A DNA stretch of 49,515 bases, from positions 1-49,515 of the forward strand of contig CANQLL010000002.1 in assembly GCA_947624705.1 (NCBI GenBank), given 5' to 3'. The notes under the pieces are model-generated. The model was not told the origin of the DNA and searched no databases. It was given only the letters and a program-made list of their open reading frames with translations. The DNA comes from an uncultured Bacilli bacterium (GTDB lineage Bacteria > Bacillota_I > Bacilli_A > RF39 > UBA660). Within the stretch, counting starts at the first letter, position 1. Each line of letters begins with the position of its first letter. The translations under genes and the position numbers were made by a program. Shown piece by piece: positions 10,954-20,441 of the stretch.

Positions 10954-11928
10954 GTGCGTGTTTTAATTCAACCATGTTCAGATACAAAAGCCCTAAATAA
11001 CCTAGAACGAACAATTAAACATAATATTAATTTAGATGAAATAAAACCTTTTATATCTCCTGCCCAATACAAAATACTACTGCAAATATATCCTCACAAA
11101 AAATGTTTTATTTGGGGAACAATGCTTAAAAATATAAATAGTTGGAATAAGCTTCAAAGAGGTGATGTTGCCGTTTTTACAGGTAACAATAAAATCTTTT
11201 TAAAAGCTACGGTTACGTTTAAAATTCAAAATACTAAGTTAGCTAATTATTTATGGGGTAAAGATGCTAATCAAACATAGGAATGTTTATATTTTTTAGA
11301 CGAAATTCAAAAAATGAATTTAACTTATGAAGAATTTAATTTAGCTTGTGCTGAAGATCAAAAAAAATATATATTTAGAGGATTTTTGTTAATTAAAGAA
11401 TTAACAAGCTACAAGTTATTAACTAAATTTAATTTATTTAGTAATAGGTATTATGAAGATGTTAGTTTTAAAGAATTTAAAGATGATATTTTAGCTAAAA
11501 ATAAAAAGCAATTAGTAGAAGAAAATGATTTAGAATATTTCGTTATGAAAAAAATTAGAAAAGAGCAAGGATTTTTAAGAAAACAATTATTTAATCATAA
11601 CGATACTTATAAATGTGCTATTTGTGGGAAAGAATATCCTGTAGAATTTCTTTGGTGTTCTCATATTAAAAAAAGGGAAAAATGTACCCCCGAAGAAAAA
11701 CTTGATTATAAAAATATTGTTGTTCCTATGTGTAAATTTGGTTGTGATGATTTATATGAAAAAGGCTATATTGGGGTTTATAATGGGAAAATAATTCAAC
11801 TAAAAAAAATTAATAATTCTAATATTAATAATTATTTAAAAAATATAATTAATAAAAATTGTCTGTTTTATAATTCAACAAATAAAAAATATTTTGATGA
11901 ACATTTAAAAATAAACACAGAACCATAA
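10954..11928 (+). pseudogene. putative PUA-like (EVE/ASCH-type) N-terminal domain + HNH (CxxC...HIK...N...CxxxC) nuclease, interrupted by one in-frame TAG at 11278-11280
   Basis: ORFs 10954-11280 and 11314-11928 are in the same frame. The 33 nt between them are stop-free (ECLYFLDEIQK). There is no SD before the ATG at 11314. The C-terminal half has CAICG...CSHIKKR...KNIVVPMCKFGCDDLYEKGYI. Confidence 0.6.
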
Positions 11929-11950
11929 TAATTAGGTTCTATGTTTTTAT
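11916..11950 (+). terminator. intrinsic terminator after the HNH gene
   Basis: cagaacc (11918-11924) pairs with ggttct.tg (11935-11943), followed by TTTTT. Confidence 0.5.
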
Positions 11951-13459
11951 TTATTCCTCGACAAATAAAGTTTTAGTTTCTTTCATTTCTTCGGGAATAG
12001 AAATATCCATATATTTTAAAATAGTAGGAGCAACATTACTTAAATTACCACTTTGTTTTAATTTTACTTTTTTATCGGTAATTATAAAAGGAACTTCACT
12101 TAAAGTGTGCGTCGTAACTGGATTTTCATTTTCATCTAACATGATATCACAATTACCATGATCAGATAACAAAAATATGGTATAAAAATTGTCTTCGCAT
12201 GCCTCAATAACTTTTCCTAAACACGCATCTAAAATTTGTAAACCTTTAATAGTAGCATTTAAATTACCAGTATGCCCTAACATATCAGGATTAGCATAAT
12301 TAAGTAAGATAAAATCATAATCTTTTTCAATCGCATTTATGGTTTTTTTTGTTACTTCTATGGCGGACATTTCCGGCTTTAGATCGTAGGTTGCAACCTT
12401 TGGAGATGGTATTAAAAATTTATCACAACCGGCAATCGGTCCAGTATATTCCCCATCAAAAAATTTAGTAACATGATTAAATTTTTCCGTTTCCGCTATT
12501 CTAGCTTGTGTTAAACCTAATTTAGATAAATAAATTCCTAATGGATTAGTTGATAATTCCTCTTCAAAGAAAACTCTTTCAGGAATATTTTTATCCATTT
12601 CAAATAAAGTATATAATCTAATGTTACTAACATTAGTTGCAAATTTATCAAAATCTGCTAAAGTTAAACTTGATAGTATTTGCTTTGCTCGATCAGTACG
12701 ATAGTTCATCCATAATAAAGCATCTCCATCCTTAATTAATCCATTCTTATCTAAAAGAATTGGTGGTAGAAATTCATCAGTGACATTTTTAGCATAGCAA
12801 GTATCAATAGCTTTAGGTAAATCTAGAGGTTTATTTCCTTTACCCTTAGTAACTAAATCATAATATATTTGAGTGCGATTATAATTTGTATCACGATCCA
12901 TTGCGTAATATCGACCACAAATAGTAGCAATACTTCCTAAATTATTTTTATTAATTTCAGTTTGTAACATATTTATATATTTTAAAGATGAATTAACAGG
13001 TGTATCACGACCATCAGTTATAACATGAAAATAAACATTAGCAAGATTTTCATTTTTTAAATGTTCTAAAATTTTTATAAAATGGCTAATTTGAGCATGT
13101 ACACCACCATCAGAAAGTAAACCCATTATATGTAAAGATTTCTTATTATCTTTAACATAGTCAATCATATCACTAAAATTTTCATTTTCTTTAAAAGCTT
13201 CTTTGTTTAATTCCTCAGTTGCTATTAATTGTTTTTGTCTTAAAATTTTTCCTGCTCCAATAATCGTATGACATACTTCACTATTTCCAAATTGACCCTC
13301 GGGTAAACCAACTGAATTTTCCGAAGCTTTTAATAACATATGCGGATAGTCATTAAACAATTTGTTGTAATTTGGCATTACTGCCTGTTTAATAGCATTT
13401 CCATGAATTTCTTCCCTATAACCAAAACCATCTAGTATAATAGTTAAGATTTTCTTCAT
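11951..13459 (-). CDS. gpmI: 2,3-bisphosphoglycerate-independent phosphoglycerate mutase
   Basis: Full-length iPGM: ILDGFG, GNSEVCH, GGVH, DGRDT, NYANPDMLGHTG and SDHGN motifs. The ATG at 13459 has AGAAAGAG upstream. Confidence 0.93.
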   Translation of the reverse strand: MKKILTIILDGFGYREEIHGNAIKQAVMPNYNKLFNDYPHMLLKASENSVGLPEGQFGNSEVCHTIIGAGKILRQKQLIATEELNKEAFKENENFSDMIDYVKDNKKSLHIMGLLSDGGVHAQISHFIKILEHLKNENLANVYFHVITDGRDTPVNSSLKYINMLQTEINKNNLGSIATICGRYYAMDRDTNYNRTQIYYDLVTKGKGNKPLDLPKAIDTCYAKNVTDEFLPPILLDKNGLIKDGDALLWMNYRTDRAKQILSSLTLADFDKFATNVSNIRLYTLFEMDKNIPERVFFEEELSTNPLGIYLSKLGLTQARIAETEKFNHVTKFFDGEYTGPIAGCDKFLIPSPKVATYDLKPEMSAIEVTKKTINAIEKDYDFILLNYANPDMLGHTGNLNATIKGLQILDACLGKVIEACEDNFYTIFLLSDHGNCDIMLDENENPVTTHTLSEVPFIITDKKVKLKQSGNLSNVAPTILKYMDISIPEEMKETKTLFVEE

Positions 13460-13595
13460 TCTTATCAACTCTTTCTAAATTGATTATACAATAAGTAACT
13501 TTAAAAATCTATTTAAAATATAAATGTCAGAATTTGTTGATGGAATTTAGTTATAAAATTGAAGTTTTAGTCTAAATTAATATTAGGTGATAATA

Positions 13596-14165
13596 TTGAA
13601 CTTAATACCTTATGTTGTAGAAAGAAACTTTAATAGTGAAAGAAGTTATGATTTATACTCTCGCTTACTTAAAGATCGCATTGTTTTTCTAACAGGTGAA
13701 ATTACTGATGAGGTGGCCAGTATTATTGTAAGTGAACTTTTGTATTTAGACTCTTTAAATAATGAAGAGATTTGTCTTTATATTAATTCTCCGGGAGGTA
13801 GTGTAACGGCCGGTTTTAGTATTTATGATACAATTAATTTTATTAAAAGTGATGTTAAAACAATTGTTATTGGAATGGCTGCCAGTATGGCTGCGTTCTT
13901 ACTAGCTAGTGGTACGAAAGGCAAAAGATGTGCTTTAAAAAATGCCGAGATTATGATCCACCAACCTTTAGGAGGAGCAAAAGGACAAGCTACCGAAATT
14001 CAAATTGCGGCCGAGCGCATTATTAAACTTAAAAATAAATTAAATAATTTATTAGCTGATATTACGGGTAAAGAAGTAGAAATTATTAAAAATGATACCG
14101 AAAGAGATAATTTTATGGATGCTAATGAAGCCTTAGATTATGGCTTAATTGATTGCATTTTATAA
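13596..14165 (+). CDS. clpP: ATP-dependent Clp protease proteolytic subunit
   Basis: NLIPYVVE...[14 protein letters not shown], catalytic Ser in GMAASMAA, His in IMIHQP, Asp in ERDNF. The TTG at 13596 sits 5 nt after AGGTGA and gives the canonical MNLIP start. Confidence 0.92.
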   Translation: MNLIPYVVERNFNSERSYDLYSRLLKDRIVFLTGEITDEVASIIVSELLYLDSLNNEEICLYINSPGGSVTAGFSIYDTINFIKSDVKTIVIGMAASMAAFLLASGTKGKRCALKNAEIMIHQPLGGAKGQATEIQIAAERIIKLKNKLNNLLADITGKEVEIIKNDTERDNFMDANEALDYGLIDCIL

Positions 14166-14176
14166 AATTATCTTTT

Positions 14177-15100
14177 TTATTTATTTTGGTGTCTATTTAC
14201 TAAATCTTTAATTTTAATAAAACAATGATTTATGCCTGATTTACCAATTTTTTTACCTGTTTCCATACTAATTATCTCCGCTAATTCATTGTATGATACA
14301 TCAGGGTATTTTTCCCGATATAAAGCCACATCTTTACTTCTTTCATCAAGTAAATCCAGTAAATCATTTTCTTTTAAATATTTAATATTTTCTAGTTGTT
14401 TTAAACCAGTTTTAATAGTTTTTTCTTGATTAGCAATTTCACAATTATTTAAACGATTAACCATATTTTTATGGTCCCGATATATCCGAATATCTTCAAA
14501 ATAAAATAAAGAATTAATAGCATTAAACATTTTAATAACATCACTAATTTCTTCCGCACTTTTTAAATAAATCATATAGCGATTATTTCTTTTTAAAATT
14601 TTCGAATCTAACTTTAAAGTTTTTAAAATCTTATTTATAAATATTGCATCTTTTTTAAAATGCACAACAAATTCTAAATGATAACCACTAGTTTTAGGAT
14701 CACTTACACTACCACAAGCTAAAAATAAGCCTTTAATAAAAGCAATTTTATCTTCATCATTTTCTAAAAAATAATCTTGGGGTTCAATTTTTTTATTATT
14801 TTCATAAATACTTAAATCTTCTAAGATAAAATTAATATTTTCTTTTATTTCTAAAATGTATATTTGTTTAGCTCGAAATCTTTTTTGATTTCGAACTATA
14901 ACTTTAATGTTAATTTGATATAAAACTTTAATAATTTTATAAATGCGGCGTGCAACGGAAGCATTTTCCATAATTAAAGTAATACTATCTTTATTTATTT
15001 TGGCATCATATCTAATAAAAGCGGAGAGTTCAGTACGAGCACTAATTAGATCTATTTCTAATTTAGATATTTCTTCTTTAACTTTAGTGGTAAAACTCAT
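14177..15100 (-). CDS. whiA: DNA-binding protein WhiA
   Basis: MSFTTKVKEEI, LAGLIDADG-like LFLACGSVSDP, C-terminal HTH. ATGA overlap with yvcK. Confidence 0.9.
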   Translation of the reverse strand: MSFTTKVKEEISKLEIDLISARTELSAFIRYDAKINKDSITLIMENASVARRIYKIIKVLYQINIKVIVRNQKRFRAKQIYILEIKENINFILEDLSIYENNKKIEPQDYFLENDEDKIAFIKGLFLACGSVSDPKTSGYHLEFVVHFKKDAIFINKILKTLKLDSKILKRNNRYMIYLKSAEEISDVIKMFNAINSLFYFEDIRIYRDHKNMVNRLNNCEIANQEKTIKTGLKQLENIKYLKENDLLDLLDERSKDVALYREKYPDVSYNELAEIISMETGKKIGKSGINHCFIKIKDLVNRHQNK

Positions 15101-16053
15101 GATAACTCATCCATTAAATAAGAAAATATTAAATAAGCCGTTTTTAGACTATCATGTCTTAAAACATTATCTTCAACTTTATAAATTTTATCTTCAATTA
15201 ATTTTACACCTAATTTTTCGACCGCTTTTTTATCTAAAACAACGGGATCTTTTTGTTCTTCTGAAGCATATTTTTTGACTAAATAAGCCGACATTTTGCT
15301 ATTATTAGCAATAATAGCATCAAGACCATCTTTTCCTAAATATTTTTGAAAAACTTTAATATGGTCACTAACTTTATAATTATCAGTTTCGCCTGGTTGG
15401 GTAACTAAGTTGCAAACGTATAAAGTCTTAGCATGGGAAGCATTAATAGCATCTTGAATTTCTTTTAAAACAATATGAGGCATAACACTAGTATAGACAC
15501 TACCACAAGAAAATATAATTAAATCGGCTTTAGCAATAGCTTTAAAAATTTCGGGATTAATAGTAAATTTTTTATCATAAAAAATTTCATCAATTTTCGT
15601 CTTTGCTTCGGTTATTTGACTTTCGCCAATAATATATTCACCTAAATCCGTTTTACCAATTAAATCCACTGGTTCTTCTGTTAAAGGTAAAACTGTTCCT
15701 TGAATATTAAATAATTTACATAAAATCGGAATTGCATGAGCAAAGTCGCCTTTAATATCTAGTAAAGCCGTTAATAAAAGATTTTTAATGGAATGTTCCG
15801 ATAATTTAGAATTTTTTTTAAATCGATAATTTAATAGTTCAGTGTTATCAGCATCTGTATTAGCCATAGCTAATAAAACTTTAGAAATATCCCCAACCGC
15901 CGGAATATCAAATTCTTTTCTTAAAGCTCCTGTACTGCGTCCATTATCAGCCACACTAACAACAGCCGTAACATTGATAGGAAATAATTTTAATCCTTTT
16001 AATAATTGAGACAACCCACTTCCGCCCCCAAAAATAACAACATTTTTCACCAT
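15097..16053 (-). CDS. yvcK: YvcK / CofD-like gluconeogenesis factor (UPF0052)
   Basis: IFGGGSGLSQLLKGLK, VADNGRSTG and NLVTQPGETD motifs. GGTGG RBS. Confidence 0.88.
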   Translation of the reverse strand: MVKNVVIFGGGSGLSQLLKGLKLFPINVTAVVSVADNGRSTGALRKEFDIPAVGDISKVLLAMANTDADNTELLNYRFKKNSKLSEHSIKNLLLTALLDIKGDFAHAIPILCKLFNIQGTVLPLTEEPVDLIGKTDLGEYIIGESQITEAKTKIDEIFYDKKFTINPEIFKAIAKADLIIFSCGSVYTSVMPHIVLKEIQDAINASHAKTLYVCNLVTQPGETDNYKVSDHIKVFQKYLGKDGLDAIIANNSKMSAYLVKKYASEEQKDPVVLDKKAVEKLGVKLIEDKIYKVEDNVLRHDSLKTAYLIFSYLMDELS

Positions 16054-16235
16054 ACCACCTACTTAAGTATATGATAACATATTTAGGAAAAAAATGTTAT
16101 TTTTCTAATTTGGGTTTGTCGGAATTTGACGTACGCTTTTTGTTTATTTTTAAAATACTTACTTTTATAATAGTATTATAATTTTACTGCTAGAATTAAT
16201 CATTATAAAACTTTTAAATATCAGCAATGATAATT

Positions 16236-16283
16236 TAAAATAAAAGACACCAGAGTTTAAGAAGTAATTCTTAGACTGGTATC
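16236..16283 (-). terminator. intrinsic terminator downstream of the lipoprotein gene
   Basis: Long imperfect hairpin (gataccagtctaagaa / ttcttaaactctggtgtc on the minus strand), followed by TTTTATTTT. Confidence 0.55.
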
Positions 16284-16355
16284 TAACAACAAATTGTAGA
16301 TGCCTTTATAGCACTTACATTTTTATTTTAGAAAATCTTTTCTTTTTTTACCATT

Positions 16356-17357
16356 TTATTTTTCTAAAGCCACATTTCCCATGGAAGAAGCAATAGTCAT
16401 TAACTCATCAGTTGATAAATTACTACTAGTTAAATAATAATCTACGTTATCAGAAGTCCATGATAAAGAATTATCGGATAATGCTGCAACTGAGTCGGTT
16501 AATAATAATGGATCTCCATTAACAGGAATTATTTCAAATTCTTTACTTACCGTTGCGGGTTCTTCGACTAATATAAATGATTTGTCACCATTAAAAGTTA
16601 ATATAGTTCGATCAGTTTGCTCATCATTTATTTTATCTTCACTTTTTAAATAAGTATTTGTTGGAACATATAAAGGATAAATAGCATCTTCTAAACTGCC
16701 TGTTTCTTTTGTTTCTTCTTGCGTTTTTTCTTCACTTTCATCAATTAAAGTACTTAATTCAAAATAATCATCTTTATATTTTGCTTTATAATCTAAAGTT
16801 TTAACTAAAACTTTAATTTTAACGTCTTTATTACTATCATAAACATTTACTTCTTTTAAATTCATATCTTTATCAAAGTACAAATTTTGGTTAACTAGAG
16901 ATTTATTATGGGGATAATTAACTGTTGATGTTATAACATAATTACCATCTTTTTCTTGTAAAGTCGCTTTTTCATCGTTTAAAACATCATTTAATAAAGA
17001 AGATAAGATATAAGATTGACTACTATTATCAGGCCATTCACTTTCAAATTTAAAACTTTTATTTAAACTAGGAGTTACCACATAAACACTTTCACTATTT
17101 TTTAAAATTATTTGCTCATGATTATTATTTTGATTAATCATACTTACTTTATAATTATCATCTTTTTTATAATTTACCACTATATCATATTTAAAAGTAT
17201 CTTCATTATTATAAATTTCCATTGTTCCTTTAAGTAAATAACCTTTAGATGATGTTACTTTATTTTTAAATTCATCTTTAGCTTTATTAATATCCATTTT
17301 TCCACAACCACAACACATGAATAATACAATTAAACTTAAAGCTATTATCTTTTTCAT
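16356..17357 (-). CDS. lipoprotein, possibly LolA-like/DUF4367-type fold
   Basis: Signal peptide with lipobox (LFMCCGC). The fold assignment is by pattern only. Confidence 0.65.
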   Translation of the reverse strand: MKKIIALSLIVLFMCCGCGKMDINKAKDEFKNKVTSSKGYLLKGTMEIYNNEDTFKYDIVVNYKKDDNYKVSMINQNNNHEQIILKNSESVYVVTPSLNKSFKFESEWPDNSSQSYILSSLLNDVLNDEKATLQEKDGNYVITSTVNYPHNKSLVNQNLYFDKDMNLKEVNVYDSNKDVKIKVLVKTLDYKAKYKDDYFELSTLIDESEEKTQEETKETGSLEDAIYPLYVPTNTYLKSEDKINDEQTDRTILTFNGDKSFILVEEPATVSKEFEIIPVNGDPLLLTDSVAALSDNSLSWTSDNVDYYLTSSNLSTDELMTIASSMGNVALEK

Positions 17358-17463
17358 TAAACCACTTTCCTTTTCTAGTTAAAGTATATTTTTAAAAAAT
17401 GATATTATTCATGTATATTAATGAAAAATAGTTCCATAATAAGAATAGAAATGAGGTAAGATA

Positions 17464-17664
17464 ATGGAAACATTACAAAAAATAGCATTAGCATTAAATA
17501 TTGTTGGTGGTTTAAATTGGGCTTTAGTCGGTTTGTTTGATTTTAACTTAGTTACAGCTTTATTTGGTGTAGATTCCGTATTAACAAATGTTATTTATGT
17601 AATCATAGGTATTTGTGCAGCGTTTAATATTGGAATATTATTTATGCATTTAAAAAACGAATAG
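17464..17664 (+). CDS. DUF378 family small membrane protein
   Basis: GGLNWALVGLFDFNLV..LFG......IYVIIG is the DUF378 signature. Two TM segments. Confidence 0.8.
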   Translation: METLQKIALALNIVGGLNWALVGLFDFNLVTALFGVDSVLTNVIYVIIGICAAFNIGILFMHLKNE

Positions 17665-17692
17665 ACAACTAGAATTTAGTTGTCTATTTTAA
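17663..17692. terminator. bidirectional intrinsic terminator
   Basis: Perfect 9-bp stem agacaacta / tagttgtct with a 5-nt loop, followed by ATTTTAATTTT. Lies between convergent genes. Confidence 0.7.
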
Positions 17693-17694
17693 TT

Positions 17695-19050
17695 TTAAGA
17701 TTTCGAAATTATAATTGTTATTTGTTTATTAGAAATATATTGAACTTTTGGATCATCACCTAATACAGTTACACTAACTTGATGTTCTCCCTCACCATAA
17801 CCACTTAAATCGACATAGGCTGAAATAGTTGAAGTATCTAAAGCATCTAAGACTTCTTGTGTACCTTTAGCTATTACCGAAATTTTAGTATCAGCCTCCG
17901 ATTTAGCATTCACCGTATATGATGATGATAGATTACGCATCTCTACCCCAATATTATCAATAGTTTTTTGCATTTCTTCTCCAAATTTTACAGTTATTGT
18001 GGCTGTTGTACTACTCATAGAGCGAACTCCATTTGGTTTATTTATAGTAACATTGTAAGTTTTTTCTTGACTTAAATCAGCAACATCAATTGTAACTGGT
18101 ACATTAGTTAAATTTTCTAACATACTTTGATCTCCATAAACGGTGATTTTTTCCACACTACTTTTTATTTCTGATATAGCTTTACCAGATTTAGGAGCTC
18201 CTGTAGTTAAAACTTTAAGTGGTAATTCTTTAGAATGAGATTCTAGTTTTATTGTTGCCGTTAATTTTTCGGGAACAATTTCAACATTTTTAACAATTTT
18301 ACCTTCTTTATCATAGGCTACTAAAGGAACATTATCTATAGTATAATCACCTTTCTCTTTAAATTGTTCATTACTTAAATCAATTAAAGCTCGAACAGTT
18401 GCCACTTTTTCTAAAGTATCTTCTGCTCCTTTAATAACTACTTCAGTCCGATCTAAAGCGACATTTTCAACACTTAATCTTTCATCCAATTTATCTTCAT
18501 TTAATAAATCATACGAAATGGTTTTTAAAGTACTAATTTTTTCTTTTATAACAACTAGAACTGTCGATGGATCAAGTTTATAATTTAAAGAACCTATAGA
18601 TTGATTATAAGTAAGGCGTACTCGATGTTCACCTACCCCATATTTAGTTAAATCAAGTTTTACTTCATGATCTCCTAGTTGTTTAGCTAAATATAAATCA
18701 CTTTTACGTCCTATTAAAGTAACATCAACAGTATCAGGAATTCCTTCAACTACATAAGCTTCTTTATTATACTCGGCTATAACACTTTGATCAGATAATA
18801 CCTCAGCTTCCGTTTGCACTAAAGTAATTACTTTAGAATCTACTAACAAAAAAATTCCTACTGCAAATATTAAAGATAAATAAATTAAAGTCCATGGTTT
18901 ATTTAAGATTTTATCTAATTTATTATTACTACTTTTTAATCTTTTATTAATGCGATATACTACTCTACTAATTGGAGTAACTATTATTTTATCAATTCCG
19001 GCATAAATTAAATGGAAGAAAGCTCTTATAACTTTTAAGATACTACGCAT
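17695..19050 (-). CDS. cdaR: CdaR (YbbR-domain) regulator of diadenylate cyclase
   Basis: N-terminal TM plus repeated YbbR-like beta domains, located directly after cdaA. The ATG at 19050 has AGGTGAAG upstream and overlaps the cdaA stop by 8 nt. Confidence 0.85.
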   Translation of the reverse strand: MRSILKVIRAFFHLIYAGIDKIIVTPISRVVYRINKRLKSSNNKLDKILNKPWTLIYLSLIFAVGIFLLVDSKVITLVQTEAEVLSDQSVIAEYNKEAYVVEGIPDTVDVTLIGRKSDLYLAKQLGDHEVKLDLTKYGVGEHRVRLTYNQSIGSLNYKLDPSTVLVVIKEKISTLKTISYDLLNEDKLDERLSVENVALDRTEVVIKGAEDTLEKVATVRALIDLSNEQFKEKGDYTIDNVPLVAYDKEGKIVKNVEIVPEKLTATIKLESHSKELPLKVLTTGAPKSGKAISEIKSSVEKITVYGDQSMLENLTNVPVTIDVADLSQEKTYNVTINKPNGVRSMSSTTATITVKFGEEMQKTIDNIGVEMRNLSSSYTVNAKSEADTKISVIAKGTQEVLDALDTSTISAYVDLSGYGEGEHQVSVTVLGDDPKVQYISNKQITIIISKS

Positions 19051-19870
19051 TTTCTTCACCTGCACTTTCTTCTTCATCTTCATCGGCATCATAGAAAACT
19101 TCAGTTTTAGGCTTTAATTCATCAATTAAAGTCATTTTAAAATCATCTAAAGTTAAATTGTATTTCATTGCTCCATCAACAGCAATACTAATGCGTCCTG
19201 TTTCTTCCGAAACAATTAAAGCAATGGCATCAGTTTCCTCAGCTACCCCTAAGGCCGCTCTATGTCTTGTTCCTAATCTCTTTGATAAAGTAGGATCCAT
19301 ACTAGTTTTAAATACTGATCCTGCACAAGTGATGCGATCACCTTGAATTATTACGCCGCCATCATGTAAAGGGTTATTAGGAAAGAAAATAGTTCCTAAT
19401 AAAGCACTTGATACATCAGCATAAATTTTAGTTGCTGGTTCAATGTATTCTTGTAAAGAAATATCTCTTTCAATAACAATTAAAGCTCCAATTCGATTTC
19501 TTTTTAAATATTCAATAGCATCCATTATTTCATAAACTACTTTTTCTCGTTCATCAACCGTTAAAATTTTATGACGACCAAGTAAATTAGTACGACCAAT
19601 TGATTCTAAAACATTACGTATTTCTGGTTGAAAAATAATTATTAAAGCTAAAGGCCCCCATGATAAAACATATTCTAATAATAAACCAACTGTATATAAA
19701 TCAAGTAAAGAACTTATTAATTTAATTACTAAAATTAAAATAACTCCTTTAACTATTAAAACCATTTTTATATTATTTTTAACATTCTTTAAAATAAAAT
19801 AGAACATTAACCAAACAATTGATATATCAAGTATTTTTGTAATTATTGACCATAAAGTTGTTAATGTCAT
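19043..19870 (-). CDS. cdaA: diadenylate cyclase CdaA
   Basis: Three N-terminal TM segments plus a DAC domain (GALIVIER, HDGGVII, LGTRHRAALGVAEETDAIALIVSEETGRIS). Confidence 0.92.
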   Translation of the reverse strand: MTLTTLWSIITKILDISIVWLMFYFILKNVKNNIKMVLIVKGVILILVIKLISSLLDLYTVGLLLEYVLSWGPLALIIIFQPEIRNVLESIGRTNLLGRHKILTVDEREKVVYEIMDAIEYLKRNRIGALIVIERDISLQEYIEPATKIYADVSSALLGTIFFPNNPLHDGGVIIQGDRITCAGSVFKTSMDPTLSKRLGTRHRAALGVAEETDAIALIVSEETGRISIAVDGAMKYNLTLDDFKMTLIDELKPKTEVFYDADEDEEESAGEENA

Positions 19871-19952
19871 AAATTCACTCCTTTTTATTTACTATATATA
19901 AGTATATCAAATTATATTGCTTTTTTCTACCGGTAAATTTGTGAATAATTTA

Positions 19953-19978
19953 AAAGATAGAATTAATTTTCTATCTTT
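19953..19978 (-). terminator. hairpin after smpB
   Basis: Perfect 10-bp AT-rich stem aaagatagaa / ttctatcttt with a 6-nt loop. The downstream U-tract is only moderate. Confidence 0.45.
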
Positions 19979-19997
19979 AACTAATTTTAATATAAAA

Positions 19998-20441
19998 TTA
20001 TAAATTATATAGATTAAGATTTCTTTTAGTTTCTTTATCTAATTCTTTTTTCTTAAGACTTTCTCTTTTATCATACAATTTTTTACCTTTAGCAATTCCT
20101 ATTAAAAGCTTTGCTTTATTCTTTTTTAAATATAATTTTAAAGGTACTAAAGAATAACCATCTTGCATAATAGCTTCTTTAATCTTTAATATTTCTTTTT
20201 TATGTAAAAGTAATTTTCTTTCTCTTCTTTCTTCATGATTAAAGATATTACCTTCTTCATATTTAGCAATATACATATTAATTACATATACTTCATTATT
20301 TTTAATCCGGGCAAAAGAATCTTTTAAACTGACAGAACCTTGGCGAATGGCTTTAATTTCTGTGCCTTTTAAAACTATACCGGTTTCATATTCTTTGATT
20401 ATTTCATAATCAAAATAAGCTTTTTTATTCTTGATTTCCAT
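19998..20441 (-). CDS. smpB: SsrA-binding protein
   Basis: [20 protein letters not shown] and [14 protein letters not shown] motifs. The ATG at 20441 is 8 nt after GAGGA. Overlaps the rnr 3' end. Confidence 0.92.
   Translation of the reverse strand: MEIKNKKAYFDYEIIKEYETGIVLKGTEIKAIRQGSVSLKDSFARIKNNEVYVINMYIAKYEEGNIFNHEERRERKLLLHKKEILKIKEAIMQDGYSLVPLKLYLKKNKAKLLIGIAKGKKLYDKRESLKKKELDKETKRNLNLYNL

Noticed and set aside
11278-11280. Possibility that the in-frame TAG is decoded (pyrrolysine or reassigned amber)
   Set aside because: TAG terminates several conserved genes in this same window at their expected ends (rplQ, cdaA, the ABC-type ATPase and the SDR). No pyl genes or PYLIS-like context are visible. 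A nonsense mutation is the simpler reading.
8727-11928. ATPase + HNH nuclease as a Septu-like (PtuA/PtuB) defence pair
   Set aside because: The two genes are separated by an SDR and a flavin reductase. The ATPase is only ~290 aa, much shorter than PtuA-type AAA_15 proteins. The HNH gene carries its own N-terminal reader-like domain and is disrupted.
13460-13595. CtsR operator (tandem GGTCAAA heptads) upstream of clpP
   Set aside because: Only loose resemblances were found (GTCAGAATTTGTTGA, TAGTCTAAA). There is no tandem heptad repeat with the correct spacing.
16054-16355. 300-nt intergenic gap examined for a small RNA, riboswitch or small ORF
   Set aside because: The gap is very AT-rich. 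The only convincing structure is the terminator of the upstream lipoprotein gene. No conserved ncRNA motifs were recognised, and the only ATG-initiated ORF is 4 codons long.
19871-19997. tmRNA (ssrA) expected downstream of smpB
   Set aside because: Only 127 nt separate smpB from cdaA. They are AT-rich and hold just a terminator hairpin. There is no tRNA-like acceptor/T-arm sequence and not enough room for a ~350-nt tmRNA.
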